DNA from: an uncultured archaeon
Lineage (GTDB): Archaea; Thermoproteota; Nitrososphaeria; Nitrososphaerales; Gagatemarchaeaceae
DNA length: 64,000 bases
Assembly (NCBI GenBank): GCA_963799775.1
Contig: CAWCYD010000003.1
Span: forward strand, 960,001 to 1,024,000
Direction: 5' to 3'
Below the pieces are notes generated by a model. It was not told the origin of the DNA, made no database searches, and was given only the letters and a program-made list of their open reading frames with translations. The number at the start of each line of letters is the position of its first letter. Positions within the stretch are counted from its first letter, which is position 1. The position numbers and the translations under genes are program-made. Below are positions 9,673 to 19,447 of this stretch, in pieces.

Positions 9673-11457
9673 TCACGGCTTTAGCTTGAAAATCGCCACT
9701 CCGGACTGGTTGTAGACCATCTGGAAGCGGGAGTCGTTGGGATAGAGGGAGAACGGGTTCTGGCTCGCATTGGCGAGGACCACCGTCCCGACCCTCGTGA
9801 GCACGACGTAGGTCGGCGAGGTGCTGTTCCCAGAGGCCGCGACGACATCGCTCGGGGCGGCGAGGGGGGCGTATCCGGACGGCCGATTATAGAGGAGCTG
9901 GTAGAAGTTGAAGTAGTCGCTGGTGACCGAGACGACGAGGCTTCCCTGCGGGGTGTTGGCGTTCATCCACCCCATGGCGTCCAGGATCCCATGCTGGGTC
10001 TGGTTGTTCGCGGCCCCGTTCGACGCGGCGTCGCCCAGGAGCTGCCAGCTCCAGGAGTTCACGACGAGAAGCAGGAAGATTATCCCCACGGCGGCGTAGC
10101 GGGCCCGCGTCCAGTCCGTCCTGTAGCGCAGCTTGCTCCTCTGCTTCATCGCCCTCTCCTCGGGCCGAGGGATGAGCGCCTCGAAGGCGATGGAGGCGAA
10201 GACCAGGAGGGGTAGGAGCGTCATGTAGGAGAAGCGCCAGGCCCCTTCAGTGAAGGGGGCGACGGCGAGGAGCGCGACCAGCCAGACGAGGAGCATCCAC
10301 ACGACCGGGTTCTTGCTCCGGATCCCGAGGTAGGCCCCGGCGACGGCGAGCGCGAGCGCGAGCAAGGCCCCAGAGTCGTCGGCTATCTCTATCACCGCGT
10401 AGCGGAGGACCGGCCAGCCCGCGAACAAGCCCGAGATCGAGGTGTCCCCCGGTAGGTTCCCCCCTCCCGAGGACTGGGCGAACTGGAGTAGGAGGGTGAC
10501 GAGGCCGGGCATGACGGCGGCCGCTACAGCCGCGGGCACGAGCACCACCGCCGCGACGGCGACGCTCGGCAGGTTCACCTTCCTTTCGACTAGGAGTAAC
10601 GCCACGGGCAGGGCGACCAGGGCAGGGATCACTGTCACGAAGGAGTAGTGCGACATGTATCCGCTCGCCACGGCCAACACAAGGGCGACCCAGACCCCGG
10701 GGCTCCGCGGCTGCTTGAGCACCATCGGCACGAGCGCGAAGAGGAGGAGTATCGAGAGTATCCCGTAGAAGTTCGCGTAGAGGCCCGCGTCGAAGACGCT
10801 CCCGAACCAGACGAAGCCCGTGAAGACGTAGAGGATCGCGGCGACGAGGCCCACGCGCTTCGACCCCGTGATCGAGTCCACAGCGAAGAAGACGAGGAGG
10901 GGCGAGAGGGCCACGAGTATCCCCATCGCATACTGGGTCGCGAGGAGGACGAGGTCGCCCGAGAGCGCGACGAGCGAGCCCATCAGGAGGTGGGCGCCAT
11001 AGTAGAGGACGCCCCCGGGGAGGAACGAGATGTTGCCGGCCTGGAGGTCCGTCGTTATCTGGACGTGCTGGGTAAAGTCGACGCTCTGGAACTGGGGGAA
11101 TACCGGGTACTTGTAAAAGTGCACCGCGACGAGGACGGCCTGCGCTACGACGAGCCCGAGCACGTAGAGGTCGTAGCGCGAGAGCGTAGCGAAGGAGGCC
11201 GCCTTGCGCCTCAGGGCGACGGGCACGACGAACGCCACGAGGGAGACGGCGAGCAGGGCCCCGAGCGTCGTCGTGTCTATCCCCCTCCCCAGGGTCGTCT
11301 TGACCGCGAGGACGAGCACGTCGACTGCCATGGAGAGGCCGAAGGCGAGGCCCAGGCGCTCCGCGAGGGAGAGCTCAGGCCCGAGATTGAAGACCTCGAC
11401 GACGGCAAGGCCCGGGAGGAATAGGAGGGCGATGAACTCGAGGTAGCCCAGGAGCAT
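9673..11457 (-). CDS. Polytopic membrane protein, GT-C-like glycosyltransferase candidate
   Basis: Many TM helices, SVDFTQH loop, YYGAH, soluble C-terminal domain (AMGWMNANTP). Confidence 0.6.
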   Translation of the reverse strand: MLLGYLEFIALLFLPGLAVVEVFNLGPELSLAERLGLAFGLSMAVDVLVLAVKTTLGRGIDTTTLGALLAVSLVAFVVPVALRRKAASFATLSRYDLYVLGLVVAQAVLVAVHFYKYPVFPQFQSVDFTQHVQITTDLQAGNISFLPGGVLYYGAHLLMGSLVALSGDLVLLATQYAMGILVALSPLLVFFAVDSITGSKRVGLVAAILYVFTGFVWFGSVFDAGLYANFYGILSILLLFALVPMVLKQPRSPGVWVALVLAVASGYMSHYSFVTVIPALVALPVALLLVERKVNLPSVAVAAVVLVPAAVAAAVMPGLVTLLLQFAQSSGGGNLPGDTSISGLFAGWPVLRYAVIEIADDSGALLALALAVAGAYLGIRSKNPVVWMLLVWLVALLAVAPFTEGAWRFSYMTLLPLLVFASIAFEALIPRPEERAMKQRSKLRYRTDWTRARYAAVGIIFLLLVVNSWSWQLLGDAASNGAANNQTQHGILDAMGWMNANTPQGSLVVSVTSDYFNFYQLLYNRPSGYAPLAAPSDVVAASGNSTSPTYVVLTRVGTVVLANASQNPFSLYPNDSRFQMVYNQSGVAIFKLKP

Positions 11458-11514
11458 CAGTCGACCGGTTGGTTTGCACCTCTATAAAGCCGGAACGAAG
11501 GTTCACCGTCTGGT

Positions 11515-11913
11515 TCAGGCGCGTTCCGAGAGCGTAGCCTTGCCGATGCAGAGCCGCTCGCCCCTGTGAAGAAGGGTCGTGAACTCCTTCGCAGTCCTCC
11601 TCCCTATCAGCACCTTGCCCGGGCCGCTCACCGGAGTGACGACCTCGGCGGTCAGGGCAGCTCCCTCCCAGGGCCACCTTCGCGACGCTGGAGCGGAAAA
11701 TGACCGTCCCTCCGAACGTCCTGTACGCCGGGAACTGGCTCTCGGGCCTCTCGGAGAGCCCCAGCTTCAACGCCTCGTAGCTAGCAGAGTCGACCATCAG
11801 CTCGCCGTGGAAACCCGTGTCGAGGGTCGCCTTCAGCGAGATGTGGTCACCAGTGACGACGTTCGTGACCTCCACGCCGATCTCGAGGCCCTCTTCCCCC
11901 TTGAAGCACTCAT
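11515..11913 (-). CDS. Clan AA (retropepsin-like) aspartic protease; frameshift near 11665, start uncertain
   Basis: LDTGFHG catalytic motif; shifted frame gives KVLIGRR and a stop at 11515-11517. Confidence 0.75.
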
Positions 11914-12335
11914 GCTCTTCGAAGGCTACCCGCAAGCCAATCACGCTCCTCGCGCACTTCACCGACCTTCCCGATTATGGCATGCAGGAAGGGCCTTTTC
12001 TTGTATGCCTTGGCCATCTCACCCGCGACTTGGGCCTCGCTGTCCCCCAGGATGACGACCGAGCCTCGCGCGACACCCACCCACCTCCCCTTCATGGAGG
12101 GGTCGGACTCGGCCTTCCGAAAGGCGACGTTGTCCTCATCCTCTATCGTGAGGATGGCTTCCGCCTTCTTCCCCACCGGACCGCTGTTGGCGCCGACCAG
12201 GTACTCGGCCAAGGCTTCGTTGAGGATGCTGTAGACGGGCTGCCCCCTCTCTGCCGCCATCGCCTTGAGCCTCCTGTACGCCTGCCTGTCGATCTTCTTG
12301 AGGTAGATCCCTTCCGCTTGCATGATGTTATCCAA
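11910..12335 (-). CDS. RHH domain fused to a DUF5678-like domain
   Basis: IYLKKIDRQAYRRLKAMAAERGQPVYSILNEAL (RHH-like); KGRWVGVARGSVVILGDS. Confidence 0.65.
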   Translation of the reverse strand: MDNIMQAEGIYLKKIDRQAYRRLKAMAAERGQPVYSILNEALAEYLVGANSGPVGKKAEAILTIEDEDNVAFRKAESDPSMKGRWVGVARGSVVILGDSEAQVAGEMAKAYKKRPFLHAIIGKVGEVREERDWLAGSLRRA

Positions 12336-12378
12336 TATATCTAAGGATATAAATATATTTAAGCGCCCATCTCCCGGA

Positions 12379-13676
12379 GGCTTTGGGACGTAATTATTTT
12401 CAGAACCTCATCTTCTTGATGAGGTCTGGCTCCAGGTAACACAGGTACGAGTACTGCCTGATGTTGTGGACGTCCCTCCTCAGGAACGACTCCACGTCCT
12501 TCCTCCAAGCGAGCCTCTTCTTCAGCTTCCACGGGAACCTCCTCTTGTCCATCGAGTTGGCCGTCTCCGATATCGAGCGCATGTGGTACTGCCTTAGCCA
12601 CTGTTGAGTGTCTTCGACAAACGAGTGCATCATCTCCTTCCAGGACGGGACTCCGTGGCTCAGGTAGATCGAGTTGACCTTGGGGAAGAAGTATGGCCTC
12701 GCACCTGCTGCTGCGACCATCGAGCATGCTGGCCTCGTCGAGTAGAGCCCATCACCGAGCACTTCCTTGATGTCAGGGCAGTTGATCCGCGTCTGCGAGA
12801 GGACCGACGGGAACATCAGGAGCTCGCCCACCGAGTAGCCATCTGTCGAGACGGAGCCTCCGAAGATCTTCGTGTGGACGCCCACCGACGACTCCGAGTA
12901 CTGGAACACGTGCTGCCTCCTCGACGACGACGGCGACGGCCAGGAACCCGTCGGGTCGTCATCACCGTCCTCCTTCCTCTTCTGCTCCGAACGGACCGTC
13001 TCGTAGTTGACCTTCGTCGACGTGGGCTCGCCAGTCCCGTCGAAGGAGAAGGTGTCCTCGTTCGCGTTCCCGTACTCGTTGGTGAGCCTGAAGACCTCCT
13101 GGAGTATCTTGGTGACGGGGCCCGGGTCGTACGCCCTCTCTATCGTCTTGTAGGAGAACGTATCGGCGAGGCGGAGCTTCTCCTTGAAGACTAGCGCGAG
13201 CCCTGCGGCCACCCGGTTCGAGACGCCGAAGTAAGACTGCATCAGGAGGACCTTCGCGACGTCTCCAGGGGAGTAGGTGGGAGGCCTCCCAACGCGCCCT
13301 TTCCTCTCCAGGTCTTCGACGGGTATCCGGTTGACCGCCTCGTCGACCAGTTTCGTGATGTTGTAGAGCATGTCCGCGAGCTCGTATGCCTGCGCCTCCG
13401 TGTAGGAGGACCAGTCGAGCGATCTCCTCGGCCTCTCGTCGTACTCGAACTCTCCCGACCTGACGGATTTGACGAGACCCCTCAGCTCGTCTACGGTGCG
13501 CCGATGATGGTCCTTGTCCTCCTGCTCGCCCAACGCCCCATGGAACGCAAAGGCCTCCTTTTAATCAGCGGTGTAGCAACAGATTCTCAACGCGGTGACG
13601 GAGTCTGGTCCCAGACCCATAATTCAAAGCCTTGACAGCTATCCAACAAGGGTGCGGTTAATTACGTCCCAAAGCC
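12379..13676 (-). mobile_element. Complete insertion sequence (1298 bp; DDE, IS5-like/ISNCY ISA1214-like)
   Basis: 18-bp perfect TIR GGCTTTGGGACGTAATTA (12379-12396 / 13659-13676); 9-bp TSD TCTCCCGGA (12370-12378 / 13677-13685). Confidence 0.95.
12400..13533 (-). CDS. DDE transposase
   Basis: FSFDGTG, LGDGLYS, YHMRSISETANS (YREK-like) motifs; lies inside the TIRs. Confidence 0.9.
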   Translation of the reverse strand: MGEQEDKDHHRRTVDELRGLVKSVRSGEFEYDERPRRSLDWSSYTEAQAYELADMLYNITKLVDEAVNRIPVEDLERKGRVGRPPTYSPGDVAKVLLMQSYFGVSNRVAAGLALVFKEKLRLADTFSYKTIERAYDPGPVTKILQEVFRLTNEYGNANEDTFSFDGTGEPTSTKVNYETVRSEQKRKEDGDDDPTGSWPSPSSSRRQHVFQYSESSVGVHTKIFGGSVSTDGYSVGELLMFPSVLSQTRINCPDIKEVLGDGLYSTRPACSMVAAAGARPYFFPKVNSIYLSHGVPSWKEMMHSFVEDTQQWLRQYHMRSISETANSMDKRRFPWKLKKRLAWRKDVESFLRRDVHNIRQYSYLCYLEPDLIKKMRF

Positions 13677-13887
13677 TCTCCCGGATGCGGCAGCACCAAC
13701 GTCTGGAATCCCAGACGCCTTATCCAGGCGAGAGTCATCGAAAGTAGCGTGCCTCTCTCTGGAGCTTCATGGACGAGCTTCGCAGGAGGAGCGTCGCTCT
13801 CAAGTATTCCATTGCCGACGCAGAGTCTGAGATAGAAAGAGCGCTCGGACGAAATAAAGGACAGACACGATCCAGCTGAGGAGCTCT

Positions 13888-16390
13888 CTAGCCGGGAGGA
13901 CCCCGGCGCTTGAGCAGGGCAGACGCGGCGGCAGCCCCTACGAGGGTAACAATCAGGACCGGCGCGACACCTAGCGGGAACTCGGGCACTGTCGAGGTCG
14001 TCCTCGAAGAGGAGCTCGTGACGGCGGTGGTCGATGTTGACGTCGAGGTCGTTGTGAAGGTGGGCGTCGTCACACTGATGGTGACCGTGCCGCTGTTGCT
14101 CGATGCGCTCGTGCTAGACGCCGTGCTCGAGGTCGTGCTGGTGGTCGAGCCGGACGAGGTCGTCGACGTGGAGCTCGAGGTCACCGAGGTCGTAGTCGAA
14201 GTGGACCCTCCTACACCTGCTTGGTATTCGAGCAGCCTGTTGTTGCTGTTGTCCGCGACCCAGAGGTTCCCCGAAGCGTCGAAGGCCAGCCCGAGAGGGT
14301 TGGCCATCCCCGTGGCGCTCGTCGTGGGCACATTCGAAGTAAAGCCCGACTGGCCGAGGACGAGCGAGGCCGACATCGAGTTGGAGAACGGCTTTGCGAA
14401 CTCGAGGACCCTGTTGTTGGCCTCGTCCCCTACCCAGAGGTTGCCGGAGCGGTCGAAGGCGAGCGAGGAGGGGGTGTCGAGCCCTGTCTGCGTGATCGCA
14501 CGGGCGTTCGACGTGAAGAAGGACTGCCCGATCACGAGCGAGGCGGACTCGCCTATCGTGAAGGGCGGGGCGAAGACGAGCACGCGGTTGTTGAGGGCGT
14601 CGGCCACCCAGAGGTTCCCAGAGGAGTCGAAGGCGAGGTCGACTGGGGCGGCGAGCTCAGAGGCTGACGTGCCCGCGGTCGAGCTCCCGAAGCTCAGCTG
14701 GCCCAAGACCAGCGACGCCGACATCCCGCTGGTGAACGGGGCCTTGAACTCGAGGATCCTGCTGTTGAAGGCGTCCGCGACCCAGAGGTTCCCGGAGGAG
14801 TCGAACGCGAGCCCCGCGGGGTAGTATAGGCCCGAGGGCGTGGTCTGCGCGGCGCCGGTGGAGAGGGTGAGCTGCCCCAGCACGAGGGAGGCGCTCATCC
14901 CCGTCGTGAAGGGAGGGGCGTACTCCAGGGCCCTGTTGTTCCCAGAGTCGCTCACCCAAAGGTCGCCGGAGGCGTCGAACGTCACGTAGAACGGCAGGTC
15001 GAGGCCCGCAGCTGACGTCGCGGATTGGCTCCGTGTCAGGTTGGAGTGTCCCAGGGCTATGGAGGCGCTCATCCCCGTGGCCAAGGGCGGAGAGTACTCG
15101 ACGACGCGGTTGTTGTTGGTGTCCACGGCCCAGAGGTTGCCCGAGGAGTCGAAGGCGACGGACTCTGGCGCGTAGAGAGCGGCTGCGCCCCCGTAGATGC
15201 TCGACGCGTAGCTGGTCTGTCCCAGCTCCTCGTTCGCCCCCGACCCGCTCGCGAACGGAGGGGAGAACTCCAGGAGCCTGTTGTTGTAAGAGTCGGCCAC
15301 CCAGAGGTTGCCGCCAGGCCCGAAGGAGACCTGGCTCGGGTTGTTCATCCCGGACTGCGAAGTGCTCGTTGATCCTGTCGTGAAGTTCTGCTGCCCAAGG
15401 ACCGCGGAGGCCTGCATCCCGGTGGAGAAGGGCGCCGTGAACTCGAGCACCCGGTTGTTTCCGGCGCCGGCGACCCAGAGGTCCCCGGAGGAGTCGAAGG
15501 CGAGGCCGTCGGGGAAGTATAGGCTGGAGCTGGTCGTCCCGGAGGAGCCCGAGGTGAGCGAGGTCTGCCCCAGCGCGATAGAGGCGTTCATCCCGCTCGT
15601 GAAGGGGGCCTTGTACTCGAGGACGCGGCTGTTGCCGCTGTCGGCGACCCAGAGGCTCACCGGAGGAGTCGAAGGTCGCCCACGTGGGATAGCGCAGGCC
15701 GTTCGCCGAGGAGCTGTACGCGTCAGAGGTGAAGGAGCTCTGCCCGAGGACGAGGGACGCGGCCATCCCGCTGCTCAGGGGCGCGGCGTACTCGAGGACC
15801 CTGTTGTTGTTCCCGTCCGTTACCCAGAGGTTCCCCGCGGAGTCGAAGAGGACGTCGCCGGGCGTGTCGAGGCCCGTCGGGGAGATCGCCGAGACGGATG
15901 AGGTGAATATCAGCTGCCCGATGACTGTGGCCGCGGCCTCCCCCGTGGAGAAGGGCTTGGGGTACTCGAGCACCCTGTTGTTGCTCGTGTCGGCGACCCA
16001 GAGGTTCCCGGAGGAGTCGAAGGTCATGCCCGAGGGGTTGTAGATCCCCGTGCGGGTTATCTCCGGGAGGCCGGTGGTGACGCTCGACTGCCCCAGGACG
16101 AGGAGGGGGGTCGGGACGCCGGCGCTGGAGGCGGGCTCCTCGAGAATCCTGTTGTTCCCAGAGTCGGCGACCCAGAGGTTCCCCGAGGAGTCGAATACAA
16201 AGTTGCTCGGGACCTTGAGCGCGTTCGAGGGGTAGACGCTCGAGGCGAGGTCAGGCGCCCCTATCGCGACCGAGGCGCTCTGGCTGGTTGCGAACGCGTG
16301 GGCAGGGCGAAGGCCCGCAGAGAGAAAGCTCATGCTCAGGACTGCCATGATCGCGATTGGCAGCCACCACGCCACACGGCCCGGGCCCAT
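13888..16390 (-). CDS. NHL-repeat beta-propeller surface protein with S/T linker and PEF-CTERM-like tail (frameshift near 15660)
   Basis: About 13 repeats of P-x-x-LAFDSSGNLWVADxxNNRVLE; ends TVPEFP-TM-KRR. Confidence 0.9.
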
Positions 16391-16552
16391 GTTGGCGCAC
16401 CGCTCGGCTCTCGCGATATAAGGCCTCGGGCCGTCGCGTTCCCCGGTTGCCCGCAGGTAGAAACCTATGAGGCCATGTGCTGGAAGTTTCTATCAGAGCA
16501 CGGCTCTGTAAACGTCGCTGGCTACTCATGTTAGCTGACTATCCATCATGTT

Positions 16553-17431
16553 TTGGCCTCTTTGATGCTCCAGAGTAGATTCCGGAATGGGAATTGGTCG
16601 TGGGCGATAGTCCTGCTCGCGACGCTGTGCCTCGTCGCCCTTGGGAGGCCCGTGACAGGCGCCGCGGCATCAGCGGCCGTATCGATATCCCCGACCCACG
16701 GGATCGCGGGGACCGAGGCGAAGCTCAACGGGAGCGGGTTCGCCCCGACGGCGATAATCATAGTTGACTGGGGCGGCTCACCCTACACCTATGGCCAGAC
16801 CAACCCCTCGGGGGTCTTCATCGAGTACTTCGCGGTGCCCGGCGACCCCGCGGGCGCCTACAACGTCACTGTGACCGACAACAAGGGTGACGCAGCATCC
16901 ACGGGCTTCGTCATCGACGCCTCGGCGGCCAGCTCGACGTCGAGCTCGACCTCTACCTCGACCACGGCCACGACGACGAGCACGACGACCTCCTCGACGA
17001 CGAGCCCGTCGACGACCTCTTCTTCGACTTCTTCATCGACCACGGACAACGGGGGCTCCAAGCCGTCCACTCGCACTGTGACGAGCACCGAGTTCTCGAA
17101 TGAGACCACGACAGTCGTCTCCACCGAGACCGTCACCCAGCAAGGCCCGACGACGACATCCACGGCGTCGGTGGTGGTCCCCACCACGGTCCCCGGGACG
17201 ACCCTGACGACTACCACGACGCAGACCGAACCGGCTTCCACCGTCACCGTGACGGCCACGGACCAGAGAGGGGGCGCTGGGGGAGCGACCGCACCCCAGC
17301 TGCTGGGCGGGGCGAGCGACCCCGTTCTCTACGTCCTAGCGGGGATAGGGATACTGGTCTGCGCCATCGTGGCGGGTGTCGCGGCGTTTCGCCGGAGGGC
17401 CAGCGACGACTTTCAGGACTTGAAGCGCTGA
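16553..17431 (+). CDS. Surface protein: IPT/Ig-like domain, Ser/Thr stalk, C-terminal TM
   Basis: Signal peptide, LNGSGFAP motif, Thr-rich region, TM plus RRR. Confidence 0.75.
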   Translation: MASLMLQSRFRNGNWSWAIVLLATLCLVALGRPVTGAAASAAVSISPTHGIAGTEAKLNGSGFAPTAIIIVDWGGSPYTYGQTNPSGVFIEYFAVPGDPAGAYNVTVTDNKGDAASTGFVIDASAASSTSSSTSTSTTATTTSTTTSSTTSPSTTSSSTSSSTTDNGGSKPSTRTVTSTEFSNETTTVVSTETVTQQGPTTTSTASVVVPTTVPGTTLTTTTTQTEPASTVTVTATDQRGGAGGATAPQLLGGASDPVLYVLAGIGILVCAIVAGVAAFRRRASDDFQDLKR

Positions 17432-17439
17432 GGCCCGGC

Positions 17440-18882
17440 TCAGACGGGGGTCTTCTTCCTGAGGACCAGCACAAAGCCGCCGACCACAAGGCCCACAGAA
17501 GCGGCGCCAGCGACCGCCAGCCCGCTGACCACTAGGCCCGGCGGCGAATACTGTAGAGACTCGCCCGAGACCCCCTTTGGCAGAGGCCCCAACACCGTCC
17601 CGTTTGCGTACTGGAGGGGGAACTCGTTCGGGAGGAAATGCCCGGGTAGCACGAGAGGCTGACGCGTCGCCTGGGAAAAGTCAAACGCCTCCAACAGGTC
17701 GCTCGCCTTTGCGTCCCTCGTCCCCATCGACGGGACGTGGAAGACGGTCTCGATGAGCTTCAGGGTGGAGGCGTCCTCGCTCAGGGTGTGGTCAATCATG
17801 CCTTGCTTGGCGTAGGGCGAGATCAACATGGCTGGCGCGCGGAAGCCGAACCCGTATTGGTCGACCTGGGGCGGAGCGGCGTTGTCATACCAGCCCCCGT
17901 AATCGTCCCAAGTGAGGATAATCGCGCTCGAGGACCAGTACTGGCTGTTCATGATGTCGTTTATCTCCGAGACGACGCTCAGCTCCCCAGTGGTCACGTT
18001 GTAGGGCGGGTGCTCGCTCGTCTGGTCTGTCTCGGGCATGAGCCAAGCCACGGAGGGGAAGCCGGGCTTCGCGATGTCCAGCGGGAAGTCGTAGGTCTCC
18101 TTGAGACCCTGGAGGTTCGGGTGGGTCTGCAGGTATGGGATGTCCGCGGGCAGTGGGTTCCAGCCGTTGACGAAGGTGTGGTCGCCCGCGTAGTAGGTCC
18201 ACGAGACGTTCGCGGCGTCGAGCTCGTTAACTATCGTCGGGAAGGTGAACTTGTAGCTGATGTTGTTGTTGACTATGCCGCCGCCCTGCCCCGCGAGGAG
18301 GTAGATGTGGTTCGGGAGGCTGGGACCGAGGTAGGGCGTGAACCAGTTGTCGAAGAGGACGTACTGGTAGGCGTAGTCCCAGTAGTAGGGGATGAGGTCG
18401 GGGTTGAAGTATCCCATCGTGATGTTGCTGTTCTCGCCGTTCTTCGTGAGGAACCCGTCCATCTTCCCGCTGTCGTAGTCCGCCTGCGCGCACTGGGAGA
18501 AGTGGCAGAGAAGGGTGGGCGAGTTGGGGAGCACGGCCGAGTTCAGCTCGAAGGGAGCGACGGGCTGCGAGTCGTTGGGATTGATCTGAGGGACGGCGTG
18601 CGATATCCCGTTGACCCCGGGATATGCGCCGAAGTAGTTGTCGAAGGAGTGGTTCTCCTGGACGATGATGAAGATGTGCTTTATCGCGGAGTATCCCGCC
18701 GACGTGGTGGTGTCCGCGTAGGTGGAAGGGAAGGGCGAGAGGAGCAGCAACGCGAGCAGGAGGATCGGTAGGGCGCGTCGCCGCGGGCTCAAACTTCGAG
18801 GAATGCGAGGCCCGGGTGTATTTAGCGCCTGCCTCCAGAGGGTCAATTCAGGCCCCGGGGACGCTTTTACATAACAAAACAC
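17440..18882 (-). CDS. Membrane-anchored phosphoesterase (phospholipase C/AcpA family)
   Basis: IKHIFIIVQENHSFDNYFG, SLPNH, WDDYGGWYD, GFRAP; signal peptide and C-terminal TM. Confidence 0.9.
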   Translation of the reverse strand: MFCYVKASPGPELTLWRQALNTPGPRIPRSLSPRRRALPILLLALLLLSPFPSTYADTTTSAGYSAIKHIFIIVQENHSFDNYFGAYPGVNGISHAVPQINPNDSQPVAPFELNSAVLPNSPTLLCHFSQCAQADYDSGKMDGFLTKNGENSNITMGYFNPDLIPYYWDYAYQYVLFDNWFTPYLGPSLPNHIYLLAGQGGGIVNNNISYKFTFPTIVNELDAANVSWTYYAGDHTFVNGWNPLPADIPYLQTHPNLQGLKETYDFPLDIAKPGFPSVAWLMPETDQTSEHPPYNVTTGELSVVSEINDIMNSQYWSSSAIILTWDDYGGWYDNAAPPQVDQYGFGFRAPAMLISPYAKQGMIDHTLSEDASTLKLIETVFHVPSMGTRDAKASDLLEAFDFSQATRQPLVLPGHFLPNEFPLQYANGTVLGPLPKGVSGESLQYSPPGLVVSGLAVAGAASVGLVVGGFVLVLRKKTPV

Positions 18883-18941
18883 GTATCAGATTTCCATCAA
18901 GGATAAATATATCATGAAATTATTTCACACAGGTTTTCAAT

Positions 18942-19418
18942 TTGGGGAGACTAGACGAGATTGACATGAAGATACTGGGGGCCCTTCACAGGGACGCCTC
19001 GATATCGATCCCCAAGTTGAGTAGCGACCTGGGCCTCAACCTCTCGGTGACCTACAGCAGGATCAAGCGGCTCATCAGGAGGGGGATCATCCAGCGCTAC
19101 ACCTTGGAGATCAACGAGAGCAAGCTCGGGCTGCCCGCGGGGGTGGTCGTCGGGCTCAACCTCGACCCGAAGCAGAGGGAGCAGGCGATCGGCGAGCTGA
19201 TGAAGCTCCCGCAGGCCAGGGACCTGACGGAGGTGACGGGGAGGTTCGACGCGTTCCTCACGCTGAGGGGCCGCACCATCGAGGAGCTGCACAAGATGAC
19301 GTCGGACGTCATCGGCAGGATCCCCGGGGTCACGCACTCGGAGACCTTCGTCGAGGTCGCGGAGAGGCAGCCAGAGGTCAGCTTCAACCTCGCGCCCGCG
19401 CCAGAGATAAAGGCCTGA
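18942..19418 (+). CDS. Lrp/AsnC family transcriptional regulator
   Basis: LDEIDMKILGALHRDAS HTH; VTGRFD RAM domain. Confidence 0.92.
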   Translation: MGRLDEIDMKILGALHRDASISIPKLSSDLGLNLSVTYSRIKRLIRRGIIQRYTLEINESKLGLPAGVVVGLNLDPKQREQAIGELMKLPQARDLTEVTGRFDAFLTLRGRTIEELHKMTSDVIGRIPGVTHSETFVEVAERQPEVSFNLAPAPEIKA

Positions 19419-19447
19419 CATCCTGTCCGAATCTTCGGACTTCCAGG

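Noticed and set aside
13600-13718. Similar GTCTGG-N-CCAGAC hairpins inside and outside the IS end
   Set aside because: Short, and not needed to explain boundaries already fixed by TIR and TSD
13770-13880. Short + strand ORF MDELRRRSVALKYSIADAESEIERALG as an antitoxin remnant
   Set aside because: Too short to support; no recognisable motif
13888-16250. Recurrent CGACCCAGAGGTTCCC repeats as a CRISPR array
   Set aside because: They are coding NHL repeats (GNLWVAD), degenerate and far too widely spaced
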